A stretch of DNA of 64,000 bases from Candidatus Effluviviaceae Genus I sp. (GTDB taxonomy: Bacteria; Joyebacterota; Joyebacteria; Joyebacterales; Joyebacteraceae). The notes beneath the pieces are model-generated. The model made no database searches, was not told the origin of the DNA, and saw only the letters and a list, made by a program, of their open reading frames with translations. Numbering within the stretch: the stretch's first letter is position 1; every line of letters starts with the position of its first letter. A program made the position numbers and the translations under genes. Of the stretch, positions 19,133 through 29,637 are shown in pieces. The stretch is taken from positions 36,314 to 100,313 of the forward strand of contig VGIX01000002.1 of NCBI GenBank assembly GCA_016867725.1. The letters run 5' to 3'.

Positions 19133-19534
19133 ATGGACCGGAAGCGAGCCCTGCGCGCCGCCGAGGCGATCCAACGGGAGATGGGTGACGTCCTCTCCCG
19201 GAGGATGAGAGATCCGCGACTGGCCATGATGGTCACGGTGACCCGCGTGGATGTCTCCGAGGACCTGCGCTACGCGAAGATCTTCGTGAGCGTGCTAGGG
19301 AGTTCGACCGAGAAGGACCTCGCGCTGAAGGTGCTGCGACAGGCCCGCAGGTTCATCCGAGGCCACCTCGCCCGCTGCCTCGATCTCAGGGTCGCGCCGG
19401 AGATCACGTTCGGGCTCGACGAGTCCGCAGAGAACTACCTGCGCATCGACGGAGTCCTTAAGCAGATCCACGAGGAAGAGCGCGATCGAAGCTCGGACGC
19501 CCCGGACGGGGGCTCGGAGCGCGGGGCCGCGTGA
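19133..19534 (+). CDS. rbfA: Ribosome-binding factor A
   Basis: MDRKRALRAAEAIQREMGDVLSRRMRDPRLAMMVTVTRVDVSEDLRYAKIFVSVLG is the RbfA KH-like fold consensus. Confidence 0.85.
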   Translation: MDRKRALRAAEAIQREMGDVLSRRMRDPRLAMMVTVTRVDVSEDLRYAKIFVSVLGSSTEKDLALKVLRQARRFIRGHLARCLDLRVAPEITFGLDESAENYLRIDGVLKQIHEEERDRSSDAPDGGSERGAA

Positions 19535-19628
19535 CGGGGGGGGCGGCGCCGGGCGTTCTCTGCGCGTCGTCTCGCCGCGGGCGATCGTCCGCCGCGCGGC
19601 GCCGCCTTGCGCGCGCATCGGAGGCCGG

Positions 19629-20537
19629 GTGGACCGCGTGCTGGTGATCAGGAAGCCGCCGGGGCTGACGTCGCACGACGTCGTGGAGCGGATCAGGCGC
19701 TCGTCGCGGGAGCGCAGGGTGGGACACGCCGGAACGCTCGACCCCTCGGCCACGGGTCTTCTCCTCGTGCTCGTTGGCCGCGCGACACGGCTCGCGCAGT
19801 TCCTGGCCGATGCCGAGAAGGAGTACCGCGGGCACATGCTGCTCGGTCGGATCACGGACACGCAGGACCTGACGGGCCGCGTGCTCGAGGAGCGCCCATG
19901 CGACGGGGTGACCCGCGAGCGCGTGGAGCGGGCCTTCGAGGGGTTCACCGGGCACATCCAGCAGGTCCCGCCGATGGTCTCGGCGCTCAAGCACCAGGGG
20001 ACGCCGCTCTACGCGCTCGCCCGCAAGGGCATCACCGTCGAGCGGGCGCCGCGGTCGGTGCTCGTGAGACGTCTGGGGCTTCTTGCGTTCGATCCTCCGG
20101 ACGTTGAGTTCGAGGTCGTGTGCTCGAAGGGCACGTACGTGCGGACGCTTGCGGCCGACGTGGGCGAGGTTCTCGGCTGCGGCGCGTGTCTTGGGGAGCT
20201 CGAGCGGCGCCGGATCGGGCGGTTCACGATGGACGCCGCGCTGGCGCTGGGAGACGTCGAGGCCCTGGGAAGGGACGTGGCGGTCTTTGGATGCTCCATG
20301 TTCGACGCGCTGGCAGACCTGCCCTCGCTGACGGTCGACGGCAACGAGGCCGCGCTGCTCGCGACCGGAGGGAGCATCCGGGTGTCGCCGGAGAGGGTCC
20401 AGGCGGCGCCCGGGGGCCACGTCCGCGTCACGCGCAACGGCGCGGAGCTGCTTGCCGTCGGGCGCGTGGACGCCGCGCCGCACGGTGGGCCGGGGGATGC
20501 TGCGATCCACCCGATCCGCGTGTTCGAGGAGGTCTGA
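19629..20537 (+). CDS. truB: tRNA pseudouridine(55) synthase TruB
   Basis: GLTSHDVVERIRR...VGHAGTLDPSATGLLLVLVGRATRL contains the catalytic Asp motif HAGTLDP. PUA-like C-terminus. Confidence 0.9.
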   Translation: MDRVLVIRKPPGLTSHDVVERIRRSSRERRVGHAGTLDPSATGLLLVLVGRATRLAQFLADAEKEYRGHMLLGRITDTQDLTGRVLEERPCDGVTRERVERAFEGFTGHIQQVPPMVSALKHQGTPLYALARKGITVERAPRSVLVRRLGLLAFDPPDVEFEVVCSKGTYVRTLAADVGEVLGCGACLGELERRRIGRFTMDAALALGDVEALGRDVAVFGCSMFDALADLPSLTVDGNEAALLATGGSIRVSPERVQAAPGGHVRVTRNGAELLAVGRVDAAPHGGPGDAAIHPIRVFEEV

Positions 20538-20550
20538 GGGGGCGCTCCGC

Positions 20551-21486
20551 ATGCGAGTGGTCCGGTCGTTCGAGGAGCTGAACGCCGTCGTGCCGGGAGC
20601 GCTCTCGGCCACCGTCGGCAACTTCGACGGCTTCCACCTGGGGCACGCGGCTGTGGCGGCGGAGCTCCTCTCGGCGGCGCGGCGGCGCGGGACGCCGGCC
20701 GTCCTCGTGACCTTCGAGCCGCACCCGCTCACCGTGGTCGGCGCGCCGGGTGCGGCGTTCGTCCTCACCCCGTCTGAGGAGAAGGCCGGCCTGGTGGCAG
20801 AGGCGGAGCTCGACGCGATGGTGGTGCACCCGTTCGACGCGTCCGTGGCGGCGATGTCGGGGCGCGACTTCCTGTCGGCGCTCTCGCGCGGGCGGTTGGC
20901 GCACCTCGTGCTCGGGTACGACTTTCGGATGGGGAGCGGCCGGGCCTGCGACGTCGCCGGGTTGACCGCGATCACCGGAGAGATGGGGTGCACCCTTGAG
21001 GTCGTGGCGGCGGTCCGCCGCGACGGGGTTCCGATCTCGAGCTCGAGGGTCCGGGACGCGCTCTGGACGAAGCGCCCGGAGGAGGCCGCGGCGATGCTGG
21101 GCCGCCCGTACCGACTGAAGGGCCGTGTGGCGCGGGGGGAGGGCGTCGGGTCGGCCCTGGGCTTCCCGACGGCGAACCTCGAGCCGCCGTGCGAGAAGCT
21201 GGTCCCTCACGACGGGGTGTACCGCGCGCGCGTGCGCGACGAGCGGCGGGCGGGCGCGCTCCTGTACGTGGGGCGGAGGCCGACGCTCGGAACCGGAGAG
21301 CGGCGCATCGAGGTGCACGTGCCCGGCTGGGACGGCCTGCCCTATGGAGGTGAACTCGAGGTGGAGGTGCTGGCCTTCGTCCGTGAAGACAGGGCCTTCC
21401 GGAGCGCCGAGGAGCTGGCGAACCAGATCGCGAGAGACGTCGCTGAGAACCTGAAGGCCCCGGCAGGTTCGGCCGGGACCTCCTGA
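20551..21486 (+). CDS. ribF: Bifunctional riboflavin kinase/FMN adenylyltransferase
   Basis: ATVGNFDGFHLGHAAV is the FAD synthetase motif. C-terminal riboflavin kinase region (GRVARGEGVGSALGFPTANL). ATG at 20551. Confidence 0.85.
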   Translation: MRVVRSFEELNAVVPGALSATVGNFDGFHLGHAAVAAELLSAARRRGTPAVLVTFEPHPLTVVGAPGAAFVLTPSEEKAGLVAEAELDAMVVHPFDASVAAMSGRDFLSALSRGRLAHLVLGYDFRMGSGRACDVAGLTAITGEMGCTLEVVAAVRRDGVPISSSRVRDALWTKRPEEAAAMLGRPYRLKGRVARGEGVGSALGFPTANLEPPCEKLVPHDGVYRARVRDERRAGALLYVGRRPTLGTGERRIEVHVPGWDGLPYGGELEVEVLAFVREDRAFRSAEELANQIARDVAENLKAPAGSAGTS

Positions 21487-21505
21487 GCCGGCGCCGTTTT
21501 TGCCT

Positions 21506-21534
21506 TTGACAGGCCACGGGGCCTGTGCTAGCTT
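21506..21534 (+). promoter_or_regulatory. rpsO promoter (TTGACA-N17-TAGCTT, extended -10)
   Basis: ccTTTGACAggccacggggcctgtgcTAGCTTcgcc. A 55-nt leader to the GTG may carry the S15 autoregulatory structure. Confidence 0.5.
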
Positions 21535-21589
21535 CGCCACATTCGGAATGCGCATCGAGCGTGCGCGCGGCGAACGGAGGAATCGGACA

Positions 21590-21859
21590 GTGTCGCTCAC
21601 GAAGGAAAAGAAGAAGGAGATCGTCAAGCGTTTCGAGACGCACGCCGGTGACACGGGCTCGGCGGAGGTTCAGATCGCGCTTCTGACCGAGCGCATCGAG
21701 ACCCTCTCCAAGCACTTCGAGCTTCACAAGAAGGACAATCACTCGAGGCTCGGTCTGCTCAAGATGGTGGGCAAGAGGCGTCGGCTGCTGAACTACCTGA
21801 AGGACCAGAAGCCCGACGGCTACAAGCAGGTGTTGAAGGAACTGGGATTGCGCAGATAG
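21590..21859 (+). CDS. rpsO: 30S ribosomal protein S15
   Basis: 89 aa. SLTKEKKKEIVKRFETHAGDTGSAEVQIALLTERIETLSKHFELHKKDNHSRLGLLKMVGKRRRLLNYL. GTG start with GGAGG 9 nt upstream. Confidence 0.9.
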   Translation: MSLTKEKKKEIVKRFETHAGDTGSAEVQIALLTERIETLSKHFELHKKDNHSRLGLLKMVGKRRRLLNYLKDQKPDGYKQVLKELGLRR

Positions 21860-21940
21860 CGCCTGGCACAGTGCGGCGCGCGGTCTTGCTGGCCCTCCCG
21901 CGAGCAACCGGGAGGGCTTTCTTCTGAGAACCCGGGCGCC

Positions 21941-24175
21941 ATGGAGGAATGGATGCACAGACAGGTTGAGATGGAGTGGGCCGGACGACGGCTCAGCATG
22001 GAGACCGGCAGACTTGCCAAGCAGGCCCCGGGGTCGGTGCTGATCCGGTACGCCGACACGATGGTCCTGGCGACGGCGGCCTACACGAGGACGGACACGA
22101 ACAGGGACTTCCTGCCCCTGTCGGTGGAGTACAGGGAGAAGTTCTACGCCGCCGGGAAGATCCCGGGCGGCTTCTTCAAGCGTGAGGGCAGGCCGCAGAC
22201 GAAGGAAGTCCTGAGCTCGAGGCTCATTGACCGCCCGATCAGATCGCTTCTGCCGCAGCACCTCCGGCGCGAGGTGCAGATCATCGTCAACGTGCTCTCG
22301 GCCGACGGGGACAACGACTCCGACACGCTGGGGATGATCGCGGCGGGCGCGGCGCTCGAGCTCTCGGGGGTGCCCTTCGACGGCCCGCTGGGTGCGGTGC
22401 GGATCGGCCTCGTGGAGGGCCGCTTCATCGTGAACCCGACCTTCGCGGAGCTCGAAGGCAGCCGACTGAACCTCGTTGTCGCGGGCACCGAGGACGCGGT
22501 CGTGATGGTCGAGGGCGGCGCAAGCGAGATCTCGGAAGAGGAGATGCAGCGGGCGCTCGAGATCGCCGGCGGCGAGATCAGGAACGTGATCGGACTCGTC
22601 CGAAGACTGGTTCCGGAGGGCAGCGTCTCCCGTTTCGATCTGCCCGGTCTGCCCGGGCCCGGCGGGGCCGTGAAGGAGCTCGTGGAGGGTCTGCGCGAGC
22701 GCGTGCGTGCGTCCGTGAGAATCGCAGGGAAGCTCGAGCGAGGAGCGGCCCTGGACGCGATACGGGACGAGGCGCTCGCCGGAGCCGACGCGGCGACGCC
22801 GGAACAGGCGGGGGAGATCGTCGCGGCGCTGGCCGCGATCGAGAAGGAGGAGGTTCGCAGGCTCATCCTCGACGAGCGGCGGCGGGCCGACGGGCGCGGG
22901 CCGGACGACGTCAGGGCGATCACCATCGAGACCGGCGTGCTGCCACGGGCCCACGGGTCGGCGATCTTCACGCGAGGCGAGACGCAGGCGCTGGCCGTGA
23001 CGACGCTCGGCTCGAGCAGCGACGAGCAGAAGGTCGACGCGCTCGAGGGCGAGTCCTGGAAGAGCTACATGCTCCACTACAACTTCCCCCCGTTCTCGGT
23101 CGGCGAGGTCAAGCCGATCCGGAGCCCGGGGAGAAGGGAGATCGGCCATGGAGCGCTGGCGGAGCGCGCGCTCCAGGCGGTCATCCCGCCCGAGGAGGTG
23201 TTCCCCTACACGATCCGTCTCGTGTCGGACATCCTCGAGTCCAACGGTTCGTCGAGCATGGCGACGGTGTGCGCGGGATCGCTCGCGCTCATGGACGCCG
23301 GCGTGCCGATCAAGACGGCCGTCGCGGGCGTGGCGATGGGACTCGTGAAGGACGGCGACCGCTGGGTCACGCTGACGGACATTCTGGGGCTCGAGGACCA
23401 TCTGGGCGACATGGACTTCAAGGTCGCGGGAACGCGGCAGGGGATCACGGCGTTCCAGCTGGACTCGAAGATCGGCGCCATCCCCGCGGCCCTGCTCAGC
23501 GAGGCGCTGACGAACGCGCGACGCGCGAGACTCCACATCCTCGATGCGATGGACTCGTCGCTCGCGTCGGCGCGGCCGAATCTCTCGACGTACGCGCCCC
23601 GCATCGTGATGATCAGGGTGCCGCAGGACAAGATCGGTGAGGTCATCGGCCCAGGCGGCCGCGTGATCCGCAAGCTGCAGGAGCGCACCGGGACCACGAT
23701 CGACATCGACGACGAGGGCATCGTCAAGATCTCCGGTCCGTCCGACGACGGCGTGTTCGACGCGAGGCAGACGATCGAGCTCATGACGAAGGACCCGGTC
23801 GTGGGCGAGGAGTACGAGGGCGCGGTCAGGAGCATCACGGACTTCGGGGCGTTCGTGGAGTTCCTCCCCGGCCGCGACGGCCTGGTCCACATCTCGGAGC
23901 TCGAGCATCACCGCGTTCGCGCGGTCGAGGACGTCCTCAAGCTCGGGGAGACCGTGCGCGTGAAGGTCGTCGGCATCGACGACAACGGCAAGGTCCGGCT
24001 CTCCCGCAGGGCGCTGCTCCCGGTACCGAAGGAGCTGCCGCCCGGCGCGGAGCCGCATCGGAGCCGAGGCGACCAGGGCGGAGGCTCGGGTCGAGAGGGC
24101 GGAAGCTCGGGTGGGCGGCCGCACGGCCGCGACGGCCAGAGGCCGCGGCGACCGGGCGGCGGCCGGCGGCACTAG
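21941..24175 (+). CDS. pnp: Polynucleotide phosphorylase
   Basis: Two RNase PH domains, then KH and S1 (GEEYEGAVRSITDFGAFVEF). Gly/Arg-rich C-terminal tail. Confidence 0.9.
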   Translation: MEEWMHRQVEMEWAGRRLSMETGRLAKQAPGSVLIRYADTMVLATAAYTRTDTNRDFLPLSVEYREKFYAAGKIPGGFFKREGRPQTKEVLSSRLIDRPIRSLLPQHLRREVQIIVNVLSADGDNDSDTLGMIAAGAALELSGVPFDGPLGAVRIGLVEGRFIVNPTFAELEGSRLNLVVAGTEDAVVMVEGGASEISEEEMQRALEIAGGEIRNVIGLVRRLVPEGSVSRFDLPGLPGPGGAVKELVEGLRERVRASVRIAGKLERGAALDAIRDEALAGADAATPEQAGEIVAALAAIEKEEVRRLILDERRRADGRGPDDVRAITIETGVLPRAHGSAIFTRGETQALAVTTLGSSSDEQKVDALEGESWKSYMLHYNFPPFSVGEVKPIRSPGRREIGHGALAERALQAVIPPEEVFPYTIRLVSDILESNGSSSMATVCAGSLALMDAGVPIKTAVAGVAMGLVKDGDRWVTLTDILGLEDHLGDMDFKVAGTRQGITAFQLDSKIGAIPAALLSEALTNARRARLHILDAMDSSLASARPNLSTYAPRIVMIRVPQDKIGEVIGPGGRVIRKLQERTGTTIDIDDEGIVKISGPSDDGVFDARQTIELMTKDPVVGEEYEGAVRSITDFGAFVEFLPGRDGLVHISELEHHRVRAVEDVLKLGETVRVKVVGIDDNGKVRLSRRALLPVPKELPPGAEPHRSRGDQGGGSGREGGSSGGRPHGRDGQRPRRPGGGRRH

Positions 24176-24241
24176 CCGATGGCCGCGCGCCGATCCGAAC
24201 GCGCCAAGGCGCCCCGGCCGAGGGACGTGGCGCGCCGGCGT

Positions 24242-24736
24242 GTGCGGGTGCCGGTCGCGAGACTCGGACACGCCGCGGACATCCCAGTCCCGCAGTACAT
24301 GACCCCCGGGGCGTCGGGCGCGGACCTCTGCGCCGCGGTGCCCCGGCGGGTGACCATCAGGCCGGGCACGATCCGACTCATACCGACCGGTCTCGCCGTG
24401 GCTGTCCCGAGCGGCTACGAGGGCCAGGTGCGCGCCCGGAGCGGGCTGGCGCTCAGGCACGGCGTCATCGTGGCGAACGGACCTGGGACCGTGGACGCGG
24501 ATTACCGCGGCGAGGTCGGCGTCATCCTGGCCAACATCGGAGATCGGCCCTTCGCCGTCGAGCGGGGCGACCGGATCGCACAGCTGGTGATCGTGCCGGT
24601 CGTTCGCGCGTCATGGGTCGAACGCGCCGGGCTTGAGGCTACCGCGAGGGATGCCGGCGGGTTCGGACACACCGGTCGCGGCCGAAGCGGCCCGAGCCGT
24701 GACGGGGCGAAGAGACATGCCCGCAGAGCGCGCTGA
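24242..24736 (+). CDS. dut: dUTP diphosphatase
   Basis: PQYMTPGASGADLCA, ANGPGTVDADYRGEVGVILANIG and C-terminal motif V (GGFGHTGR). GTG start chosen at 24242. Confidence 0.8.
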   Translation: MRVPVARLGHAADIPVPQYMTPGASGADLCAAVPRRVTIRPGTIRLIPTGLAVAVPSGYEGQVRARSGLALRHGVIVANGPGTVDADYRGEVGVILANIGDRPFAVERGDRIAQLVIVPVVRASWVERAGLEATARDAGGFGHTGRGRSGPSRDGAKRHARRAR

Positions 24737-25724
24737 GCCCGCCTGGGCCGCCCGGGCGCTGGACCACATCTTCCTTGCGCGGCCTGCGGCGCTCGTTCCC
24801 CTGTGGGTCTTCTACTTCGGGGGCTTCGGGCTGGCGCGGGCCATGACGCCTGCGGGACCGCGAGGCGCTTCCCCGTTCGACCTGACGCCAGGCGCGCTCC
24901 TCGGCTTCCTCGCTCTTTCCGCCGCGCTTGCGGGCGGGTACCTCCTCAACCAGGTCAGCGACCGTCAGAGCGACCGGGCGAACAGGAAGCTCTTCCTGGT
25001 CTCCGACGGGCTTGTGCCCCTCTCGCACGTCTGGATTGAGCTCGGGGCGCTGTGGGCGCTCGCGGCGGTCGTGTCGCTGTGGCTCCCGTGGTCGTTCAGG
25101 GTCGCCGCGGCGCTGAGCATGCTTCTCGGCGTCACGTACTCGCTCCCGCCCGTCCACGCCAAGGCGAAGTTCCCGCTCGATCTCATCTGGAACGGGATCG
25201 GCTTCGGGGCGCTTGCGACGGCGGCGGGCTGGTCCGTGGCGCGGCCGCTCGGCATCGAGGTCGCCCGTCCCGCCCTCTGCTACGCCGTCGCCGTTGCGGG
25301 CATCATCGCCTCCACGACGATCCCGGACCGGGAGGGCGACGGCGCGTCCTCGCTGCGGACGACGGCCGTCGCTCTGGGAGAGCGCGGGGCCAGCGCGCTC
25401 GCGCTCGCGCTCGTGACGGTCGCGGCGGCCGTCGGGGTCGCGGCGCACGACGTGCCCGGGGCGGCGGGCGCGCTGCTCTCGACCCCGCTTCTCGTGCGCG
25501 CCCACCGCACGGGCGCGCGCCGCGACCGCGTGGCGGCGAACCAAGTCGCGGTCGCGGCGTTCGCCGTGGCGATGGTCGCGCGCTCCGCGTATCCGCTCGC
25601 GCTGCTGGTCGCCGCAGCGCTGGCCTCCCGCGCGTACTACCGTCGGCGGTTCGACGTCTCCTACCCGGGGCCCGGCCCGCGCGGAGGCAGCGGCGGCCAC
25701 GCGCTCGGGCGGCTTTGGCGTTGA
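24717..25724 (+). CDS. UbiA-superfamily membrane prenyltransferase
   Basis: Multi-TM protein with Asp-rich motif NQVSDRQSD (NxxxDxxxD) and a second motif DREGD. Overlaps the dut end by 20 nt. Substrate not assignable from sequence. Confidence 0.6.
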   Translation: MPAERAEPAWAARALDHIFLARPAALVPLWVFYFGGFGLARAMTPAGPRGASPFDLTPGALLGFLALSAALAGGYLLNQVSDRQSDRANRKLFLVSDGLVPLSHVWIELGALWALAAVVSLWLPWSFRVAAALSMLLGVTYSLPPVHAKAKFPLDLIWNGIGFGALATAAGWSVARPLGIEVARPALCYAVAVAGIIASTTIPDREGDGASSLRTTAVALGERGASALALALVTVAAAVGVAAHDVPGAAGALLSTPLLVRAHRTGARRDRVAANQVAVAAFAVAMVARSAYPLALLVAAALASRAYYRRRFDVSYPGPGPRGGSGGHALGRLWR

Positions 25725-25800
25725 CACGTCCGGCGCCGGCTTCCTATGCTCTCGCGGCAACGGACACCGCGTGCGGAGACGTTCGGGGCAAGGGACCAGG

Positions 25801-27549
25801 ATGGACAGAGACAGGCTGCTCACCTGGCTATCTCGGTTGATGTTCGTCGTCGCCGCGGTTGCGGCGATCTCCCTGCTGCTGGAGTACGGGTTCTACCTGA
25901 GCCCGGCGGCGCGGGAGGCTCTCCATGCCGTCGACCTCGCCGTGGTCGGCGTGTTCATCGCCGACGCCCTCTTGAGGTTCGCGCTCTCCAGGAAGAAGTT
26001 CTTCCACGTGAAGCTGCGGTGGCCGGCGCTGGCCATCGCGGCGCTCGTCGTGTCGCAGCTGGCCCTCGTCCGGCGCCTCATCGGCACCGAGTGGATGCCG
26101 GCCGTGCTGGAGGAGCAGGGCGTCTTCTCGCTGACGAAGGGCTACATCGTCGTCCTTCAGGTCTACCTCCTGCTCCTCATCGTCGGTCAGGCGGTCGCGG
26201 CGAATCGCAGGATCGCGTCGATGAGGGTCCGCCCGGCGAGGACCGTCATGCTGTCGTTCCTGCTCCTCATCGCCGTCGGGGCGCTGCTTCTCTCGACGCC
26301 GAAGGCGACGGTCCGGGGCATCGCGCCCCTCGACGCGGTCTTCAGCGCGACCTCGGCCATCTGCGTGACCGGGCTCGTGGTGGTCGACACGGGAACGGAG
26401 TTCACGCGGTTCGGACAGGCCATCCTGCTCACGCTCATCCAGATCGGAGGCCTGGGGCTCATCACGTTCGCTACGTTCTTCGCCGTCGCCATGAGACGGA
26501 CGCTGGGGCTGCGCGAGAGCCTGGCGGCGCGGGGCGCGCTCAGCTACGAGGGGCTGGGGCGGATGGGGCGCACTCTCGGGACGGTGATCGGCCTCACGGT
26601 CCTCCTCGAGGCCGTCGGCGCCGTGCTCCTGTTCGTTTCCACGCGCGGGGAGTTCGGAAGCCCGAGGGCGGCGCTGTGGACGTCGGTCTTCCACTCCATC
26701 TCGGCCTTCTGCAATGCCGGCTTCTCTCTGCACTCAACGAGCCTCGAGCGCTACGTCGGCAACGTGCCCGTGCTGCTCACGGTGACGACGCTCATCGTGC
26801 TCGGCGGGCTGGGCTTCCCGGTCATGATGAACGCGCTCGGCTACCGCGTGCTCGCGGAACACCCGTCCCGGTGCCGCTCGAGGTGGGGTGTTCACGCGCG
26901 GCTCGTGCTCCTCGTAACGGGGGTCCTCCTCGCGGTCGGAACGGTCGGGTTCTTCTTCCTTGAGCGGAACGGAGCGCTCGCCGGGAAGTCGCTGGGACAG
27001 CAGGTGCTGTCCTCGTACTTCGGATCCGTCACCGCGAGAACGGCGGGCTTCAACACGGTGCGGACGGCCTACCTGTCGCTGCCCACGCTCTTCCTGCTGA
27101 CCGCGCTCATGTTCATCGGCGGCTCGCCCGGAGGGACGGCCGGCGGCGTCAAGACGTCGACGACCGGCGTGGTGTTCGCCACGATCAGCGCGCTCTTCCG
27201 GGGCAAGAACCGCGTGGAGATCATGCGCCGTCGCATTCCCGACACGGTGGTCAACCAGGCGCTGGTGGTCGTGGCGGCGGCGATCCTGATCGTCACGGGC
27301 GGCACGTTCTTCCTGCTGGCGTCCGAGGGCGGAGCGCTGTCGGACGCGTTGTTCGAGGTGGTGTCGGCCTTCGGCACCGTCGGCCTCTCCACGGGGATGA
27401 CGCCGCTCCTGTCGCCTGGGTCGAAGGTCGTTCTTGCGCTCGTGATGCTCATCGGGCGCATCGGCCCGCTCACGCTCGCCCTTGCGGTCGGGCAGCGCGA
27501 GGCGCGCCAGTCCTACGATTACCCCGAGGAGACGGTGCTGGTCAGCTAG
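25801..27549 (+). CDS. trkH: TrkH/KtrB-family potassium transporter with an N-terminal 2-TM extension
   Basis: Repeated M-P-M pore motifs (ICVTGLVVVD, LIQIGGLGL, FCNAGFSL, GGSPGGTAGGVKTST). Alternative upstream GTG at 25771. Confidence 0.8.
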   Translation: MDRDRLLTWLSRLMFVVAAVAAISLLLEYGFYLSPAAREALHAVDLAVVGVFIADALLRFALSRKKFFHVKLRWPALAIAALVVSQLALVRRLIGTEWMPAVLEEQGVFSLTKGYIVVLQVYLLLLIVGQAVAANRRIASMRVRPARTVMLSFLLLIAVGALLLSTPKATVRGIAPLDAVFSATSAICVTGLVVVDTGTEFTRFGQAILLTLIQIGGLGLITFATFFAVAMRRTLGLRESLAARGALSYEGLGRMGRTLGTVIGLTVLLEAVGAVLLFVSTRGEFGSPRAALWTSVFHSISAFCNAGFSLHSTSLERYVGNVPVLLTVTTLIVLGGLGFPVMMNALGYRVLAEHPSRCRSRWGVHARLVLLVTGVLLAVGTVGFFFLERNGALAGKSLGQQVLSSYFGSVTARTAGFNTVRTAYLSLPTLFLLTALMFIGGSPGGTAGGVKTSTTGVVFATISALFRGKNRVEIMRRRIPDTVVNQALVVVAAAILIVTGGTFFLLASEGGALSDALFEVVSAFGTVGLSTGMTPLLSPGSKVVLALVMLIGRIGPLTLALAVGQREARQSYDYPEETVLVS

Positions 27550-27587
27550 CTCGGCGCGGCCGCTTGGTCGCGTCTGGGAGGTCCTGT

Positions 27588-28259
27588 ATGGGGAAGCGAT
27601 ACGCGGTCATCGGGCTGGGGCTCCTTGGCCGGACGGTGGCCAGAGAACTCGCCGAGCGCGGCGCCGAGGTGATCGCCGTGGACATGAACCAGCGGCTGGT
27701 CCAGTCCATCGCCGAGGAGGTCGCTGTCGCCGTGCGACTGGACTCCACGGACAGGGAAGCCCTCGCGGCGCAGGGCGTGAACCGGGTGGACGCGGCGATC
27801 GTGGCGATCGGGGAGAACTTCCAGGCGGCGGTCCTGACGACGGCGCTCCTCAAGGAGCTGGGCGTGCCGAGGGTGATCTCGCGGGCGGTCACCGAGGACG
27901 AGGCGAGGATCCTCAAGCTCGTGAAGGCGGACCAGGTGATCCTGGTCGAGGAGTGGGTGGCCCGCCGGCTGGCGCAGCAGGTGATGAGCCCCTCGCTCAC
28001 GGAGATCGTCGAGCTGTCGCCCGGCATGAGCCTCGGCAGGATCGAGACGACGGAGAGCATGTGGGGCAAGACGCTCGCGTCGCTGAGCTTCCGACAGCGC
28101 TACGGCCTCAACGTGATCTCGGTCATCAAGGCGAGCGACGTGCCGGAGTCGCTGTCGCAGCTGCCCGATCCGAAGGCGACCCTCGAGAAGGGGGACGTCC
28201 TTCTCGTGGACGGGCCGGAGGACGCCATCGAGAGATTCGCGGCGAGGAGTGACGATTGA
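27588..28259 (+). CDS. trkA: TrkA/KtrA RCK-domain K+ uptake regulatory subunit
   Basis: [32 protein letters not shown] Rossmann TrkA-N followed by TrkA-C. RBS GGGAGG. Confidence 0.8.
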   Translation: MGKRYAVIGLGLLGRTVARELAERGAEVIAVDMNQRLVQSIAEEVAVAVRLDSTDREALAAQGVNRVDAAIVAIGENFQAAVLTTALLKELGVPRVISRAVTEDEARILKLVKADQVILVEEWVARRLAQQVMSPSLTEIVELSPGMSLGRIETTESMWGKTLASLSFRQRYGLNVISVIKASDVPESLSQLPDPKATLEKGDVLLVDGPEDAIERFAARSDD

Positions 28260-28329
28260 GCTCGGGCCGGTCGGACATCCGGTCGGCGGATTGCCCGACG
28301 CGACAGAGCGAACACCGCGGGGAGCATCC

Positions 28330-29625
28330 ATGAAGCAGCGTTGCACCATCGAGACCATCGGGAAGCACGAGGGAACTGAGGTCACGCTCGAAGGGTGGCT
28401 CGTCGGAAGGCGATCGAGCGGGAAGGTGATGTTCCTCGAGTTCCGCGACGGGACGGGGTTTCTGCAGTGCGTCGCGAGCAGGGCGGAGGTGGGGGAGGAG
28501 ACGTTCGAGGCGCTCGGCCGTCTCACGGTGGAGTCCTCGCTGCGGGTGACCGGCGCGGTGCGGGCCGATCAGCGGGCGCCGGGGGGATTCGAGCTCTCCG
28601 TTCGCGCGGCGGACGTCGTCCAGGTGGCCGAGGAGTACCCCATCGGCAGAAAGGAGCACGGACCGGCCTTCCTCATGGACCACCGCCACCTGTGGATCAG
28701 GTCATCCGGTCAGTTCGCCGTGCTCCGCGTCCGCGCGACGGTCGTGCGCGCCATCAGGAACTACCTCGACTCCCGCGGATACGTCCAGATGGACTCGCCG
28801 CTGCTCACCCCCGCCGCGTGCGAGGGCACCTCGACGCTCTTCGAAACGAAGTACTTCGACGAGAGCGCGTACCTCTCTCAGAGCGGCCAGCTGTACAACG
28901 AGGCGACGGCCATGGCGTTCGGCCGCGTGTACTGCTTCGGGCCGTCGTTCCGCGCGGAGAAGAGCAAGACGAGGCGACACCTCATCGAGTTCTGGCAGGT
29001 GGAGCCGGAGGTGGCGTACGCGGACCTCGACGACATCATGGAGATCGAGGAGGAGCTGGTGTCCGAGGTCGTCGCGGAGGTGCTTCGAACGCGCGGGCGC
29101 GAGCTCGCGATCCTCGGGCGCGACCCGGCGCAGCTTCGAGGCGTGGAGCCGCCCTTCCCGCGCATCGCGTACTCGGAGGCGGTCGAACGCATCCGGAAGG
29201 GAGGCCTCGACATCGAGTGGGGCAGAGACCTCGGGGCGGAGCACGAGACGCTCCTCTCGAAGCAGTTCGACCGGCCCGTGCTCGTGCATCGCTACCCGCG
29301 CTGCATCAAGCCCTTCTACATGGAGGTCGATCCCGAGAACGCGGAGCTGTCGCTGTCCGTTGACATGCTGGCGCCCGAGGGCTACGGCGAGATCGTCGGC
29401 GGCGGGCAGCGGATGAGCGACCTCGCCACGCTCGAAGCGCGCATCGAGGAGGAGGGGCTTCCGCGCGCCGACTACGAGTGGTACCTCGACCTCAGGCGGT
29501 ACGGCTCCGTGCCGCACGCCGGCTTCGGTCTGGGCGTGGAGCGGACGGTGGCGTGGATCTGTGGGCTGGAGCACTGCCGCGAGGCCATCCCGTTCCCGAG
29601 GATGCTGTACCGGCTGCGGCCGTAG
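28330..29625 (+). CDS. asnS: Asparagine--tRNA ligase
   Basis: Class II aaRS, 431 aa, with an N-terminal OB anticodon domain ([29 protein letters not shown]). Motif 3 [27 protein letters not shown]. Confidence 0.8.
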   Translation: MKQRCTIETIGKHEGTEVTLEGWLVGRRSSGKVMFLEFRDGTGFLQCVASRAEVGEETFEALGRLTVESSLRVTGAVRADQRAPGGFELSVRAADVVQVAEEYPIGRKEHGPAFLMDHRHLWIRSSGQFAVLRVRATVVRAIRNYLDSRGYVQMDSPLLTPAACEGTSTLFETKYFDESAYLSQSGQLYNEATAMAFGRVYCFGPSFRAEKSKTRRHLIEFWQVEPEVAYADLDDIMEIEEELVSEVVAEVLRTRGRELAILGRDPAQLRGVEPPFPRIAYSEAVERIRKGGLDIEWGRDLGAEHETLLSKQFDRPVLVHRYPRCIKPFYMEVDPENAELSLSVDMLAPEGYGEIVGGGQRMSDLATLEARIEEEGLPRADYEWYLDLRRYGSVPHAGFGLGVERTVAWICGLEHCREAIPFPRMLYRLRP

Positions 29626-29637
29626 AGGGTCGCGGCG

